Shown in pieces: positions 26,182 through 36,100 of a DNA stretch of 59,471 nucleotides; the stretch's first letter is position 1, and every line of letters begins with the position of its first letter. Source of the stretch: an uncultured Heliomicrobium sp. (GTDB lineage: Bacteria > Acidobacteriota > Blastocatellia > RBC074); NCBI GenBank assembly GCA_964645355.1, contig CAZXZU010000002.1, positions 1 through 59,471 on the forward strand, in the 5' to 3' direction. The translations under genes were made by a program, and so were the position numbers. Below the pieces are notes generated by a model that was given only the letters and a program-made list of their open reading frames with translations, ran no database searches and was not told the origin of the DNA.

Positions 26182-27642
26182 TTACACCAGCACTTCACGG
26201 ATGATTTGACCGTGAACATCGGTCAGACGGAAGTCTCGCCCCTGGAAACGATAAGTCAGTCGCTGATGATCGAAGCCCAGTTGATTCAGCAGCGTCGCGT
26301 GCAAATCGTGAACATGCGTGCCGCCTTCCGTCACGCCAAAGCCCAGTTCGTCCGTTTCGCCATGCAAATAACCGGGCTTGAATCCGCCGCCCGCCACCCA
26401 CAACGTAAACCCTTCGATGTGGTGATCGCGTCCGGTGGTTTCGCGGACTTCACCCATCGGAGTCCGCCCGAATTCTCCGCCCCAAACAACTATCGTGTCT
26501 TCCAGCAAGCCGCGCTGTTTCAGGTCAAGCACAAGCGCGGCGCTGGCCTGGTCAACTTCGCGGCAACGGGCTTCTATGTCTCCGTCAAGATTGTTGCCGC
26601 GTTCGCCGTGATGATCCCAGTCGGTGTGATAAAGCTGCACAAAGCGCACGCCGCGTTCGATCATTCGCCGCGCCAGCAACGCATTCGCCGCAAAGCCCGA
26701 CTCGCCCGGCTTCACGCCATACAACGCCAGCGTGGCGTCAGATTCCTTGCGCAAATCCATCAGATCGGGCGCGCTGGTTTGCATGCGAAAAGCCATTTCG
26801 TAAGCGTTCAACCGCGTCAGGATTTCAGGGTCGCCGGTTTGTTCGTGCCGCGCTTTATTGAGCGCGCCGACCGTGTCGTAAAAATCGCGTTCCTGTTCGC
26901 GTCCGAGTCCTGCGGGGCTTTGCAGGTTCAAAATCGCATCGCCTTGTCCGCGAAACGGCACGCCCTGAAACGAGGTCGGCAAAAAGCCGCTGCTCCACAA
27001 GGTCGAACCGGCACGGGGGCCGCGTCGCCCGCTTTGCAACACGACGAAGCCGGGCAAGTCTTTCGATTCGCTCCCCAATCCATAAGTCACCCACGCGCCG
27101 AACGCCGGACGACCGGGGATTTGAAAGCCCGTGTTCATAAACAGCTTCGCCGGGCCGTGGTTGAACACATCCGTAGACATCCCGCGCAGCCAGCAAACTT
27201 CGTCTACAATCTTGCGATGGTGCGGCAGCAATTCGCTCAGAGTCATTCCGCTTTGCCCGTAACGCGCAAACTGACGCTTCGTGCCCAGCAGCGTTTCATT
27301 GCCTTTCAGAAAGGCGAAGCGCCGGCCTTTCATCAAACTTGGCGGCGGCGGTTGCCCGGTCAATTCACGCAGCTTCGGTTTGTCGGAAAACAATTCCAAT
27401 TGCGAAGGCGCTCCGGCCATAAACAGATAAATCACCCGCTTGGCTTTGGCAGGAAGCGGCGCTTTGCGCGGTGCCATAGGGTTGGTCGGATCAATCTGTG
27501 GGCGCTGTGGTGCGCCTTGTGTTTCGCCAGCCAGCAGACAGTTTAGTGCGATGGAACCCAGTCCGACCGCGCATTGTCCGAAGAAATGACGGCGCGTTGT
27601 ATCGCGCAATTCGTTTGAAAGTAGAGTTTTCATATTTTTCAT
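26182..27642 (-). CDS. DUF1501-family (sulfatase-like) protein with a Tat signal
   Basis: TRRHFFGQCAVGLGSIAL twin-arginine leader. Conserved ...LFMAGAPSQLELFD.KP..., DWDHHG and GGEFGRTP motifs typical of DUF1501. Confidence 0.85.
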   Translation of the reverse strand: MKNMKTLLSNELRDTTRRHFFGQCAVGLGSIALNCLLAGETQGAPQRPQIDPTNPMAPRKAPLPAKAKRVIYLFMAGAPSQLELFSDKPKLRELTGQPPPPSLMKGRRFAFLKGNETLLGTKRQFARYGQSGMTLSELLPHHRKIVDEVCWLRGMSTDVFNHGPAKLFMNTGFQIPGRPAFGAWVTYGLGSESKDLPGFVVLQSGRRGPRAGSTLWSSGFLPTSFQGVPFRGQGDAILNLQSPAGLGREQERDFYDTVGALNKARHEQTGDPEILTRLNAYEMAFRMQTSAPDLMDLRKESDATLALYGVKPGESGFAANALLARRMIERGVRFVQLYHTDWDHHGERGNNLDGDIEARCREVDQASAALVLDLKQRGLLEDTIVVWGGEFGRTPMGEVRETTGRDHHIEGFTLWVAGGGFKPGYLHGETDELGFGVTEGGTHVHDLHATLLNQLGFDHQRLTYRFQGRDFRLTDVHGQIIREVLV

Positions 27643-27671
27643 TGAAAGCGAAATGTGTGGAAACCCGACCA

Positions 27672-28871
27672 CTAACCAACCAGAAGCCGATTCATAATCT
27701 CAGCAAAAGCCGGATTGAAAATGAGTCTTCCTCCGTTATCGCTATTGGTCAAAATAATGAATCCTGATTTTCGGTTCACCGACGCCATGGCAAGCGAGCG
27801 AAACCCTGTTTGCCCTCCTGAATGCAGGATCACCTTTCCGGTTTTCCGCTGCTGTATTGCCCAGCCCAACGCCCAGGTGTCTGCGTCATCAATTTTCTCT
27901 CCCTCGGCGAGCTTTATTTGCGGACGGAGCATTTCCTGATGACTCTTTTTATTCAGCCGAAACGCATCGCTCGCTTTTGGGTCAAGGACTTCGATCAGAA
28001 ATTTTGCGTAATCGGATGGCGTGGTGTGTAACCCTCCCACGGCGGCGTACCTGGCGGCATCCGTTTCGGTCGGCTTCGCTTTGGTCAAAGGTTTCCCCGC
28101 GACATCGTGCGGGCGCGCCGCGTGTTTGGCGAAGCTGTCGTTCCAGACATACCCGCTGGAGTGCATGCCAAACGGCCTCAGCAGATTTCGCCTCAGATAC
28201 GAATCAATATCTGTCGCGCAAACCTCCAGGTCAGCCTCGTATTTAGAACAGTGCTTGCGGTTTTCCCGCCCCGCTAAATGGCTTATCACCGATTGCAAAT
28301 AACAATAACCCTCGCCCGAATAGAGAAATTTTTCGCCGGGCGTGAAATGGATTTTCAAAGGTTCACGTCCCGAACGAAAGTCTTGAAAGCCTGATGTATG
28401 TGAAAGCACGTGACGGGCAGAGATGAGTTTCAGCCGAGCATCGCCTTCCAGAAATGGCTTCGGCGCGTATTTGGTCAGCGGCGTATCAAGGCCGATGACA
28501 CCCTTTTCACACAGCTTCAGCGCGGCATAAGCAAATACCGTCTTGCTGACCGAAGCCGCTTCAAACACGGTGTCTTTATCAACGGGTGCTTGCGTCACGC
28601 TGTCTTTCACGCCAAAGCCCCGACGCCAAAACAATTTCGCATCTTTGATAACAGCGATGGAGGCTCCCGGAACGATGAATTCTTCCATAAGTTTTGGAAC
28701 CAGCTTCTCCAAATCAGCAATCAGGGTTTCCTCGAAATTGTCCTGTCTCAATTCGGGAAGCCGGCGATTCCTTTGTTCAGGGAACAACGAAAATCCCAAA
28801 GCCGCTTGGCCGCCCATCACTAAAAATTCTCTTCGTAGCTGCTTATTGTAGCGAGACATAAATGTTTTCAT
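27672..28871 (-). CDS. serine hydrolase, beta-lactamase/transpeptidase-like family
   Basis: S-x-x-K motif AASVSKTVFAYA. Tat-like leader RREFLVMGGQAALG. Its ATG overlaps the lactonase stop (ATGA at 28868-28871). Confidence 0.8.
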   Translation of the reverse strand: MKTFMSRYNKQLRREFLVMGGQAALGFSLFPEQRNRRLPELRQDNFEETLIADLEKLVPKLMEEFIVPGASIAVIKDAKLFWRRGFGVKDSVTQAPVDKDTVFEAASVSKTVFAYAALKLCEKGVIGLDTPLTKYAPKPFLEGDARLKLISARHVLSHTSGFQDFRSGREPLKIHFTPGEKFLYSGEGYCYLQSVISHLAGRENRKHCSKYEADLEVCATDIDSYLRRNLLRPFGMHSSGYVWNDSFAKHAARPHDVAGKPLTKAKPTETDAARYAAVGGLHTTPSDYAKFLIEVLDPKASDAFRLNKKSHQEMLRPQIKLAEGEKIDDADTWALGWAIQQRKTGKVILHSGGQTGFRSLAMASVNRKSGFIILTNSDNGGRLIFNPAFAEIMNRLLVG

Positions 28872-29986
28872 TTTGCCGGAAGGTCTACGATCTCAACCCA
28901 GTTGGGAATCCTGCCCAGCGCATATTCCTTGAGCTTGGTCAGCTTTCCAGTACCGGAAACAATCTGGTAACCGGACATCCGATGAGAGCGCATCCCGACT
29001 AAAAACAGATACCGCCCCGAAGAATCAATGCTGAAGCTGCGCGGCATCGTTTCGGTCGGGATGGTTTCGATCAGCATCAAGGTGCCATCCGTTGCATTGA
29101 CCTTGAACCCCGACAGCGTGTTCGTCGTGCGGTCTGAAGCGTAAAGAAACTTGCCGTCAGGCGTGATGTGCAAATCAGCGGCGGCAATCCGGCCCGTCGT
29201 GCCAGGCGGCAAGGCGCTGACGGACTGTTTCTCTTTGAGCTGCCCTTTAGCCGCATCGTAATCAAAAACATGCACCGCCGCATCCAGTTCGCCGAGCAGA
29301 TAAACCAGCTTGCCCTTTGGATGAAAGACCAGGTGGCGCGGGCCTGTTTTAGCTTTTACCGAAACCGATGGCGGCGTATTCGGCTCAAGCTTTCCGGTCT
29401 TCGCATCGAACTTCAGCACGTTGACCAAATCATTGCCCAGCGTCGCCGCCAACACGTACCGGTTTTTCGCATCCGCCAGAATCGAATGCGCGTTGGTCTG
29501 GTTTTCTAAAACCTGCTGCGTCGGCCCGATTACGCCGTTTGCTCCGATGGGGCTGACGGTGAATTTGTGACCTTGATACGAAGCCGCAAACAGAAAGCGG
29601 CCTGTATGGTCAGTCGAAATGTAAGGCATGCTGTCAACCAACGGCCCGCTGCCGATCAGTTTCAGCTTGCCGCTTTTTGGATCAATCGCGAAAGTGAAGA
29701 CGCTCTGCGGTTCGCCCCGCGTCGCCACAAACAGAAAGCGGCGATCCGGGCTGACCGTCATCGGCGTTGAACCGCCGGATTTGACGACGCCGGGAATCGC
29801 AACCTTCTCGACCAGCGTCAACTCGCCCGTCTGCCGATTCAGGTGCAAGACGTAAATGTCATTGCTTTCAGAGTTCCCGACATAAACGATTGTGGCCGCC
29901 TGCACAGGCGAAACCATCGCAGCGCCTGCAACGGTCGCCGCGGCGGAAAGCGCAATCCACAACGCCTGATGAAATAATCCTCGCAT
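28868..29986 (-). CDS. 7-bladed beta-propeller lactonase (6-phosphogluconolactonase-like)
   Basis: Signal peptide. Repeated V-x-(S/H)PDG(K/R)FL(Y/F)(V/A) blades (VSPDRRFLFVA, FHPKGKLVYLL, ITPDGKFLYAS, IDSSGRYLFLV). ATG 29986 overlaps the msrB TGA (TGATG). Confidence 0.8.
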   Translation of the reverse strand: MRGLFHQALWIALSAAATVAGAAMVSPVQAATIVYVGNSESNDIYVLHLNRQTGELTLVEKVAIPGVVKSGGSTPMTVSPDRRFLFVATRGEPQSVFTFAIDPKSGKLKLIGSGPLVDSMPYISTDHTGRFLFAASYQGHKFTVSPIGANGVIGPTQQVLENQTNAHSILADAKNRYVLAATLGNDLVNVLKFDAKTGKLEPNTPPSVSVKAKTGPRHLVFHPKGKLVYLLGELDAAVHVFDYDAAKGQLKEKQSVSALPPGTTGRIAAADLHITPDGKFLYASDRTTNTLSGFKVNATDGTLMLIETIPTETMPRSFSIDSSGRYLFLVGMRSHRMSGYQIVSGTGKLTKLKEYALGRIPNWVEIVDLPAK

Positions 29987-30444
29987 CAACTCACCTCTCC
30001 TTTGATCTTTTTCAGAGCTACAGCATTCATACAGTAACGCAATCCACTGGGTTCAGGCCCATCGGGGAACACGTGCCCCAGATGCGCGTCGCAAGTGTTG
30101 CAAACCGTTTCAACCCTGGACATTCCGTAATTGGTGTCTTCGTGATAGGCAATCGCGTTTTCCTTAACTGGCTGCGTAAACGAAGGCCAGCCCGTTCCGC
30201 TTTCAAACTTTTCACTGGCATCGAACAACAACGTGTCGCAGCAAACACAGCCGTACAACCCCGGCTCGAACAAACTGCACATTTCCGAACTGAAAGGGCT
30301 TTCCGTTCCGTGCTGGCGCGTCACAAAGTATTGCTCCGGCGTCAATTGCGCCTGCCATTCCGCATCAGTTTTGGTAATTTTTTGGTCGGGAGGCAGGTTT
30401 GAAATCCTGGCCAATCGAAGCACATCTAACCATTTCAGCAACAT
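29986..30444 (-). CDS. msrB: peptide-methionine (R)-S-oxide reductase
   Basis: Two CxxC zinc pairs (CVCC / CNTC), GTGWPSF, and the catalytic RYCMN motif. ATG 30444 overlaps the upstream stop (TGATG). Confidence 0.9.
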   Translation of the reverse strand: MLLKWLDVLRLARISNLPPDQKITKTDAEWQAQLTPEQYFVTRQHGTESPFSSEMCSLFEPGLYGCVCCDTLLFDASEKFESGTGWPSFTQPVKENAIAYHEDTNYGMSRVETVCNTCDAHLGHVFPDGPEPSGLRYCMNAVALKKIKGEVS

Positions 30445-30776
30445 CAGTCTCTTCTCCTTTTTTCGGTTTTCAAATTGAACTTTTGCAACAGCCAATCCAA
30501 GACGGCCTCTTGATCCTGTATCGTCGCTCGTCGGATTTGCGCCAGCAGATGAATTCGATCAGGTTTTGGTAGCACAGTATTTTGCAATCCTTCCTCGCAT
30601 TCGTCGCACATAATCCAAAAACGTGTGACGTCACCGGGCCGCGGGCATAGCCGAAGCAGTACTTGCCTCGTCGGTGTCGTTTCCCAAAAATCACTGATGA
30701 TGGCTCCACACATAGAACACACCTTGTTTTCAACTTCTCGATCAGCCAACGTAGATAATGCCAATGTTTGACGCAT
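30444..30776 (-). CDS. hypothetical 110-aa protein with a CxxC...CxxC zinc-ribbon-like pair
   Basis: CSMCG ... CDEC. Translationally coupled to msrB. No family recognised. Confidence 0.45.
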   Translation of the reverse strand: MRQTLALSTLADREVENKVCSMCGAIISDFWETTPTRQVLLRLCPRPGDVTRFWIMCDECEEGLQNTVLPKPDRIHLLAQIRRATIQDQEAVLDWLLQKFNLKTEKRRRD

Positions 30777-30790
30777 ACAGCCTCTTTCTT

Positions 30791-31445
30791 CGTCGCGTAG
30801 CGACGGTTTGAATTTAGCCGTGGGTTTTCAACCCACGGCAGCGATGTGATTGTCCCCGCGTCGCGTAGCGACGCTTGAATCAGCTTGCTCAACCCCACAA
30901 ATACCGTTCGTCGTATTCCACGCCCGCCTTGTCCAAAAACCCTCGGTACTCGTCTTCAAAGGCTTGCGATTGATGATGCACTCGTTGGTTTTGAATGTAT
31001 CGAATCACGCTTGGCACATTGGCTTTGCTGACGGTGAATGCGCCGTATCCGTCCTGCCAACCGAAATCCTGCAATTCGGGAAACTCATCGTGAATCCAAC
31101 TCGACGAATCGCCTTTCAGGTATTTCGCCATATCGCATGGCGCAATCGTCGTCGGAGCCAGCACCAGCGCATGTAAATGGTCTTCGATACCACCGATTTG
31201 CAAGGCCGTCATTTTGTGATGCCGCGCAACACCACCGACGTATTCCCAAATGCGGTTTTCCAACTCCGGCTTGATGAACGGCGCTCGGTTCTTCGTACTG
31301 AAAACGATGTGATAGAAAAGCGAGTTGTAGGTGTTGGCCATAATTCGTATCTCCATTCAAGCGTCGGCTACGCGACGCGGGGGATGCGTTAACGCTTTCC
31401 GTGGGTTGAAAACCCACGGCTAAAGTCAGCCGCCGCTCTGCGGCG
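30791..31445 (-). mobile_element. REP-RAYT unit: an IS200-like tyrosine transposase flanked by inverted REP hairpin clusters
   Basis: Left flank: CGTCGCgtaGCGACG-GTTTGAATTT-AGCCGTGGGTTTTCAACCCACGGC ... GCGTCGCgtaGCGACGC-TTGAAT. The right flank (31355-31445) carries the reverse complements: ATTCAA-GCGTCGgctaCGCGACGC ... CCGTGGGTTGAAAACCCACGG. Confidence 0.8.
30889..31341 (-). CDS. IS200/IS605-family Y1 transposase-like protein (REP-associated tyrosine transposase type)
   Basis: YNSLFYHIVFSTKNR, the HLHALV HUH region and YIQNQRVHH. About 150 aa. Flanked by REPs rather than IS ends. Confidence 0.85.
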   Translation of the reverse strand: MANTYNSLFYHIVFSTKNRAPFIKPELENRIWEYVGGVARHHKMTALQIGGIEDHLHALVLAPTTIAPCDMAKYLKGDSSSWIHDEFPELQDFGWQDGYGAFTVSKANVPSVIRYIQNQRVHHQSQAFEDEYRGFLDKAGVEYDERYLWG

Positions 31446-31683
31446 AAGAGGGTGTTCATCATTTCCCTTGAATCCGTCTATTCAAATGCAAGCGCGCCAT
31501 CCGCAAACAACGGAGCAAGGCGGGAAAGGTTGCCCGCCAACAGCCCAGCGTCAATTTCTTGAAACACCGTCTCATTCTTCTTCAGCCAATACCCATTCCG
31601 CCAAGAAGTTTTCAAAGCAGTTTGTTCAGATAAGCTCATAGGAAATTTGCCACTAAATACAACTTAACAAGGCGAGAATCCGG

Positions 31684-33141
31684 TTACGCCTTTGAAGCAG
31701 ACGGTTTATTGTCTTTACGTGCATCTATCAAATATATGTCTTTACGGCCTAGGATTTTTAGCTTTTTTAGTATTCTTTCTACTTTAAGCAATTCTGGCTT
31801 TGAAAAATAAATAATAACTTTGAAAGAGGCGTCTGTATTATTCGCTTTCTCATAAATCGCCACCTGGTTTTGCAAGTTGCGTTCAAGTTGGGTGTTCTTT
31901 GCTAGTTTGAATTCAACTAACGTTTTGTCTCTTTTGCCTTTTGAAATTTTGAAATCTACGGGGCCACGGCCATTATTAACCTCTCTGTTTACATCTGACG
32001 AAGATGCGAACCATGTTAAGCGATAAAGAATTTGAAGGTCTTCCTCTCTTTCAATAGCCTTACCTTTCAAATAGAAGATTCTATAGCCATCTTTGTTCTC
32101 AATAACATCTTTGAGAAACTCTATTCTTTGTTGTGTTTCATCGCGGCTCGTACCTGAGTTTTTGTAGAAATCAGTTTGCTCTGCTAGTTGATGAACAAGA
32201 TGCTTGAATTGGTCAATGTATAACTGTTGAGAATTTGCTACTTTTTGAGAGCTAAGATTTGTGGCTTGTTCGCCATTTTCTTCTTTGTACTTAATGTAAT
32301 AGTCAACAAGTTGTGGAAACTGCTGAAGGGTTCTAAAAGCGGCATCCTTTTGATCTTTTGCAGTCGGGGTCTTACCAAGAAAACTACGGAAGTAGTTATT
32401 AACTTGCGCTCGCAATTGGCTGTCAGGAATGGCACTGGGGATAAGATTGAACTGGTCAATTAAATCAGTTTTGTTGATCCAAGTATCATCCTTGGTCAAA
32501 ATGTCTTTTGGAGTCAGGATGACGTAGTCATTACCTATGCATGGCAATTCATATACTCCACCTTCCCACGTTTCAGTGCTATAACTGAAACGAACACGGC
32601 TAATGTGCAGCAATTTTCGCAACTCAGTCTTAATGTGTTTTCTGGCAAATTCTTGCGTATATTCAAGAAGGAATTCTTTAATTAAGTTAGTGGTAAAATC
32701 ACTTATCATATCCTTCCCAACACCTTCTCTTATCAAGCACAGCTTTTCCAAATGGCTTCCTTTCGTTATCCGTTCATTGCCAAAATTGCTGAAGATTTGA
32801 TTTAGGTTTTCATGTAGCGCAAAAGCAAATTTAGGGCCCAACCCGCTTCCTCTGTTACCTGCAAACGTAAACCCCAGCCAGTTCTGCTTTACTTCTGGAA
32901 ATGCATACCATGCTTTTATCAACCCATTATCTAATGAACTGTTTACGGACTTATCCCTCAAAAATATCAGGTACTTAATTATTGAGTCGTGCAATTTTTG
33001 ATATTTCTTCTTTTTGCTATTGAAAAGCAAAAAAGGATCTATAAAAAGAGGCAGGTCATTGACTAGCGAAACATTGAACGCACCGTGTTTTTCCAAGTCT
33101 TTATGACTGATTTCAAAATGCTCTGAGAAGTAAACGTTCAT
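31684..33141 (-). CDS. AT-rich 485-aa hypothetical protein with a C-terminal PD-(D/E)xK nuclease-like motif
   Basis: Sampled lines are 32-37% GC against about 58% in the flanks. GAGAGG RBS. C-terminus ...REEDLQILYRLTW...GRGPVDFKIS(x9)LVEFKLAKN matches a D...(D/E)xK core. The N-terminal 330 aa are unassigned. Confidence 0.75.
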   Translation of the reverse strand: MNVYFSEHFEISHKDLEKHGAFNVSLVNDLPLFIDPFLLFNSKKKKYQKLHDSIIKYLIFLRDKSVNSSLDNGLIKAWYAFPEVKQNWLGFTFAGNRGSGLGPKFAFALHENLNQIFSNFGNERITKGSHLEKLCLIREGVGKDMISDFTTNLIKEFLLEYTQEFARKHIKTELRKLLHISRVRFSYSTETWEGGVYELPCIGNDYVILTPKDILTKDDTWINKTDLIDQFNLIPSAIPDSQLRAQVNNYFRSFLGKTPTAKDQKDAAFRTLQQFPQLVDYYIKYKEENGEQATNLSSQKVANSQQLYIDQFKHLVHQLAEQTDFYKNSGTSRDETQQRIEFLKDVIENKDGYRIFYLKGKAIEREEDLQILYRLTWFASSSDVNREVNNGRGPVDFKISKGKRDKTLVEFKLAKNTQLERNLQNQVAIYEKANNTDASFKVIIYFSKPELLKVERILKKLKILGRKDIYLIDARKDNKPSASKA

Positions 33142-33171
33142 CTATTGAACCTCTCTTTTCTTAATTGAGAA

Positions 33172-36100
33172 TTACTCCCGCGTAATGAAATTGTCCGTGT
33201 TGAACAGCACTCGTGCCGCAGCCGTCAGAGCGGCGGATTGCGCTTCGGTCAATCCAGCCTTCGTCAATTCCTTGTTCACCAACGCCGCAGCCGTTGCAGG
33301 TTGGCTGGCAAAGCCCTGTGCTTGCCGTTCGACGTAATTACGCAAATCAGCGAGTTCCGTCGCGCTGGGCGGGCGGCTGAAACACAGCGCAAATGCATGC
33401 TTCAAACGCGCGTCCAGCACAACCGCAAATTCACCCGGCACTTCGCGCACCAGCCGTGCCGCCAAGCCTTGAGCGATTTCCAGAAAAGCCGGGTCGTTCG
33501 CCAGCGTCAACGATTGCAGTGGCGTATTTGATCGGAAGCGTCGAGTGCAAACCTGTTGAAAATCCGGCGAGTCAAACGTCGTGAACAACGGATAAGGCGC
33601 GCTGCGGTAAAAGTGCGTATACAACGCGCGGCGAAAGCGTTCGTTGCCTGCCGCTGTCGTCCAGTTCTTTCGGTTCTGCGTGAAAGCATAGACGCCGTCG
33701 GGTTGTGGCGGACGCACGCTGGGACCGCCAATCTTCGGGTTCAGCAAACCGCTGGCGCTCAGGGCGGCGTCACGCACAATTTCGGCTTCGACGCGAAAGC
33801 GTTCCTGGCGTGAGAGCAACAGATTGCGGGGATCAATTGATTGCGGATTGGGGGTTGCGGATTGCGGAGTGAATTCGGAAGACTGGCGATAGGTTGCGCT
33901 GGTCACGATCAGGCGGTGCATAGCTTTCAGGCTCCAGCCTTGCCGAATGAACTCGCCGGACAACCAATCCAGCAATTCGGGATTTGTCGGCGGCGTGCCT
34001 TGCGTGCCGAAATCCTCTTCGGTTTCGACGATGCCGCGCCCGAAATACCGCATCCAGATGCGATTCATTGTAACGCGCGGCGTCAGCGGGTTTGCCGGAT
34101 TGACCAGCCACTCGGCGAGATCAAGGCGCGTGCGCGGTTTGCCGGTTTCGGGCGGCTTTTCAGGTAATTGGGGAGCAATCGCGCTGATGACGCCCGGTTG
34201 CAACATGCCCGCCGCTTTGTCTGGTCGCGTGAAATCGCCGCGCGTGAAAATGTATGACTCGCGCGGCAAGTTGGTGTCGCGCATGACCATCGCCATTACG
34301 GCATTGCCTGATTGCTTTTCTCTGACCGCGCGCGCCGAAGCGAAGGCCGCATTAACCATCGTTTGCTGTTCGGGCGAGCGCGCATTGAGCGGAAGTTTCA
34401 AGGCTGCGAGCAACGCCGCTCCGCGCGCATCGTGCGGAGTTTCGGTGGCGATTTCGATTTTGAAATGACCGATGCCACGCCCGGCGTCGGCTTCGTGTCG
34501 CATCACGAATTGAATTTGGCGGCTGGCAAATGTTTTCGGCTGGGTATAAACGAAGACAGCTTCGTGCGACTGGTTTCCGCTCAACGACCAACCTGTGCGC
34601 CGGTCGCCATCACTGGCAGAACGCGCCGGATACGCGCGTTGTTCGTTGTCTGCAAAAGCGTCGTTAAAACCATGCCGCCCGCCTTCGCTGTCAATGTAAA
34701 ACTCGCTCAAGGCAAACGAACCGTCCGCCGCCAGGCCCGGCCCGTTTTTTGGCAAACCTTCGTGCGGCAGCACACGCAAACGCACGGCGGCAACACGCGG
34801 CGAAGCGATCCTGACCAGAATGCGGTAAGCGTCATTCACTGAAGCATTCGAGGTAATCAAAAACGAACCGTCTGCCAGTCGCTGCAATTTGCCAGCGGCT
34901 TCGGTGTCGAATTTGACGGGATCAAACGAAACCCATTCGACTTCTTTTTTCGTAGCCGTCACCGCCGGATTGCGTTCCAGCCGCGCGATTTCCAGGCGTT
35001 CCCAATCGCCCTGCTTTAACTCGCCAATTGGCATCTGCCTGCCTCTGGCGACAGCGGGTTCCGCATTCGTTTCCGGTTTGCCGAACATCTCGCCTCGCTG
35101 GACAGGAACGACAGGGCCTTGATTGTTCACGTCAAGTGTCGAGTTAAAAAACGCGAGCATCCGGTAATACTCTTTGTGCGTGATGGGATCGAACTTGTGC
35201 GTGTGGCATTGCGCGCAGCCTATGGTCAAACCCAGCCAGACTGCGCCTGTGGTGCTGACGCGATCCATGACCTGTTCGACACGAGCTTGCTCCGGATCAA
35301 CGCCGCCTTCTTCGTTGATGACTGTGTTGCGGTGAAAGCCTGTGGCGACGAGTTGTGATTTGGCCTTTAGCGGGTCTGAAGCATTCGGCAACAGGTCGCC
35401 CGCCATTTGTTCGATGGTGAATCGGTCAAACGGCTTATCTTCGTTGAGCGCCTGAATCACCCAATCGCGGTAAGGCCACATCACTCGCTCGCCGTCAATC
35501 GTGTAACCGTTGGAATCGGCATAGCGCGCCTGATCCAGCCAATGCCTTCCCCAACGTTCGCCATAATGCGGGCTGGCAAGCAGCCGTTCGACCAATGCGG
35601 AATACGCTGCGTCCTGCTGGCGCGGAGTTGTTTTCTCAAATGCCTTAACGAACGCTTCGACTTCCGCAGGTGATGGCAACAAGCCCGTCAGATCGAGCGA
35701 CACGCGACGAATCAACGTGCGCGCATCGGCCTGCGGCGAAGGCAATAACCCAACGCTTTCCAGCCGAGCCAGAATGAAATTATCAATCCCATTGCGAACC
35801 CATTTGGCATTTTTGACGACTGGCGGCTGAAGTTTGGCCAACGGCTGGAACGCCCAATGCCCTTCGTACTTTGCGCCCTGAGCAATCCAGCGGCGGAGCA
35901 ACTCAGCTTCTGCCGCCGTCACCGCGGGCTTTTTGGCCGAAGCTGGCGGCATCATCACGCCTGCTTCGTGCGAAGTGACACGTTTGAGCAATTCACTTTC
36001 GTCCGGCTTACCCGGCGTGATCGCGCGATAGCCGCCGCGATCTTTCGTCGCGCCTTCAAAAGTATCCAGGCGCAATCCCGCCTTGCGATTCTTTTCATCC

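Noticed and set aside
31478-31639. 53-aa minus-strand ORF (MSLSEQTALKTSWRNGYWLKKNETVFQEIDAGLLAGNLSRLAPLFADGALAFE) between the RAYT unit and the AT-rich ORF; it is below the track cutoff
   Set aside because: It has no RBS-like sequence upstream and no recognisable family. It may be a gene fragment left at the insertion boundary.
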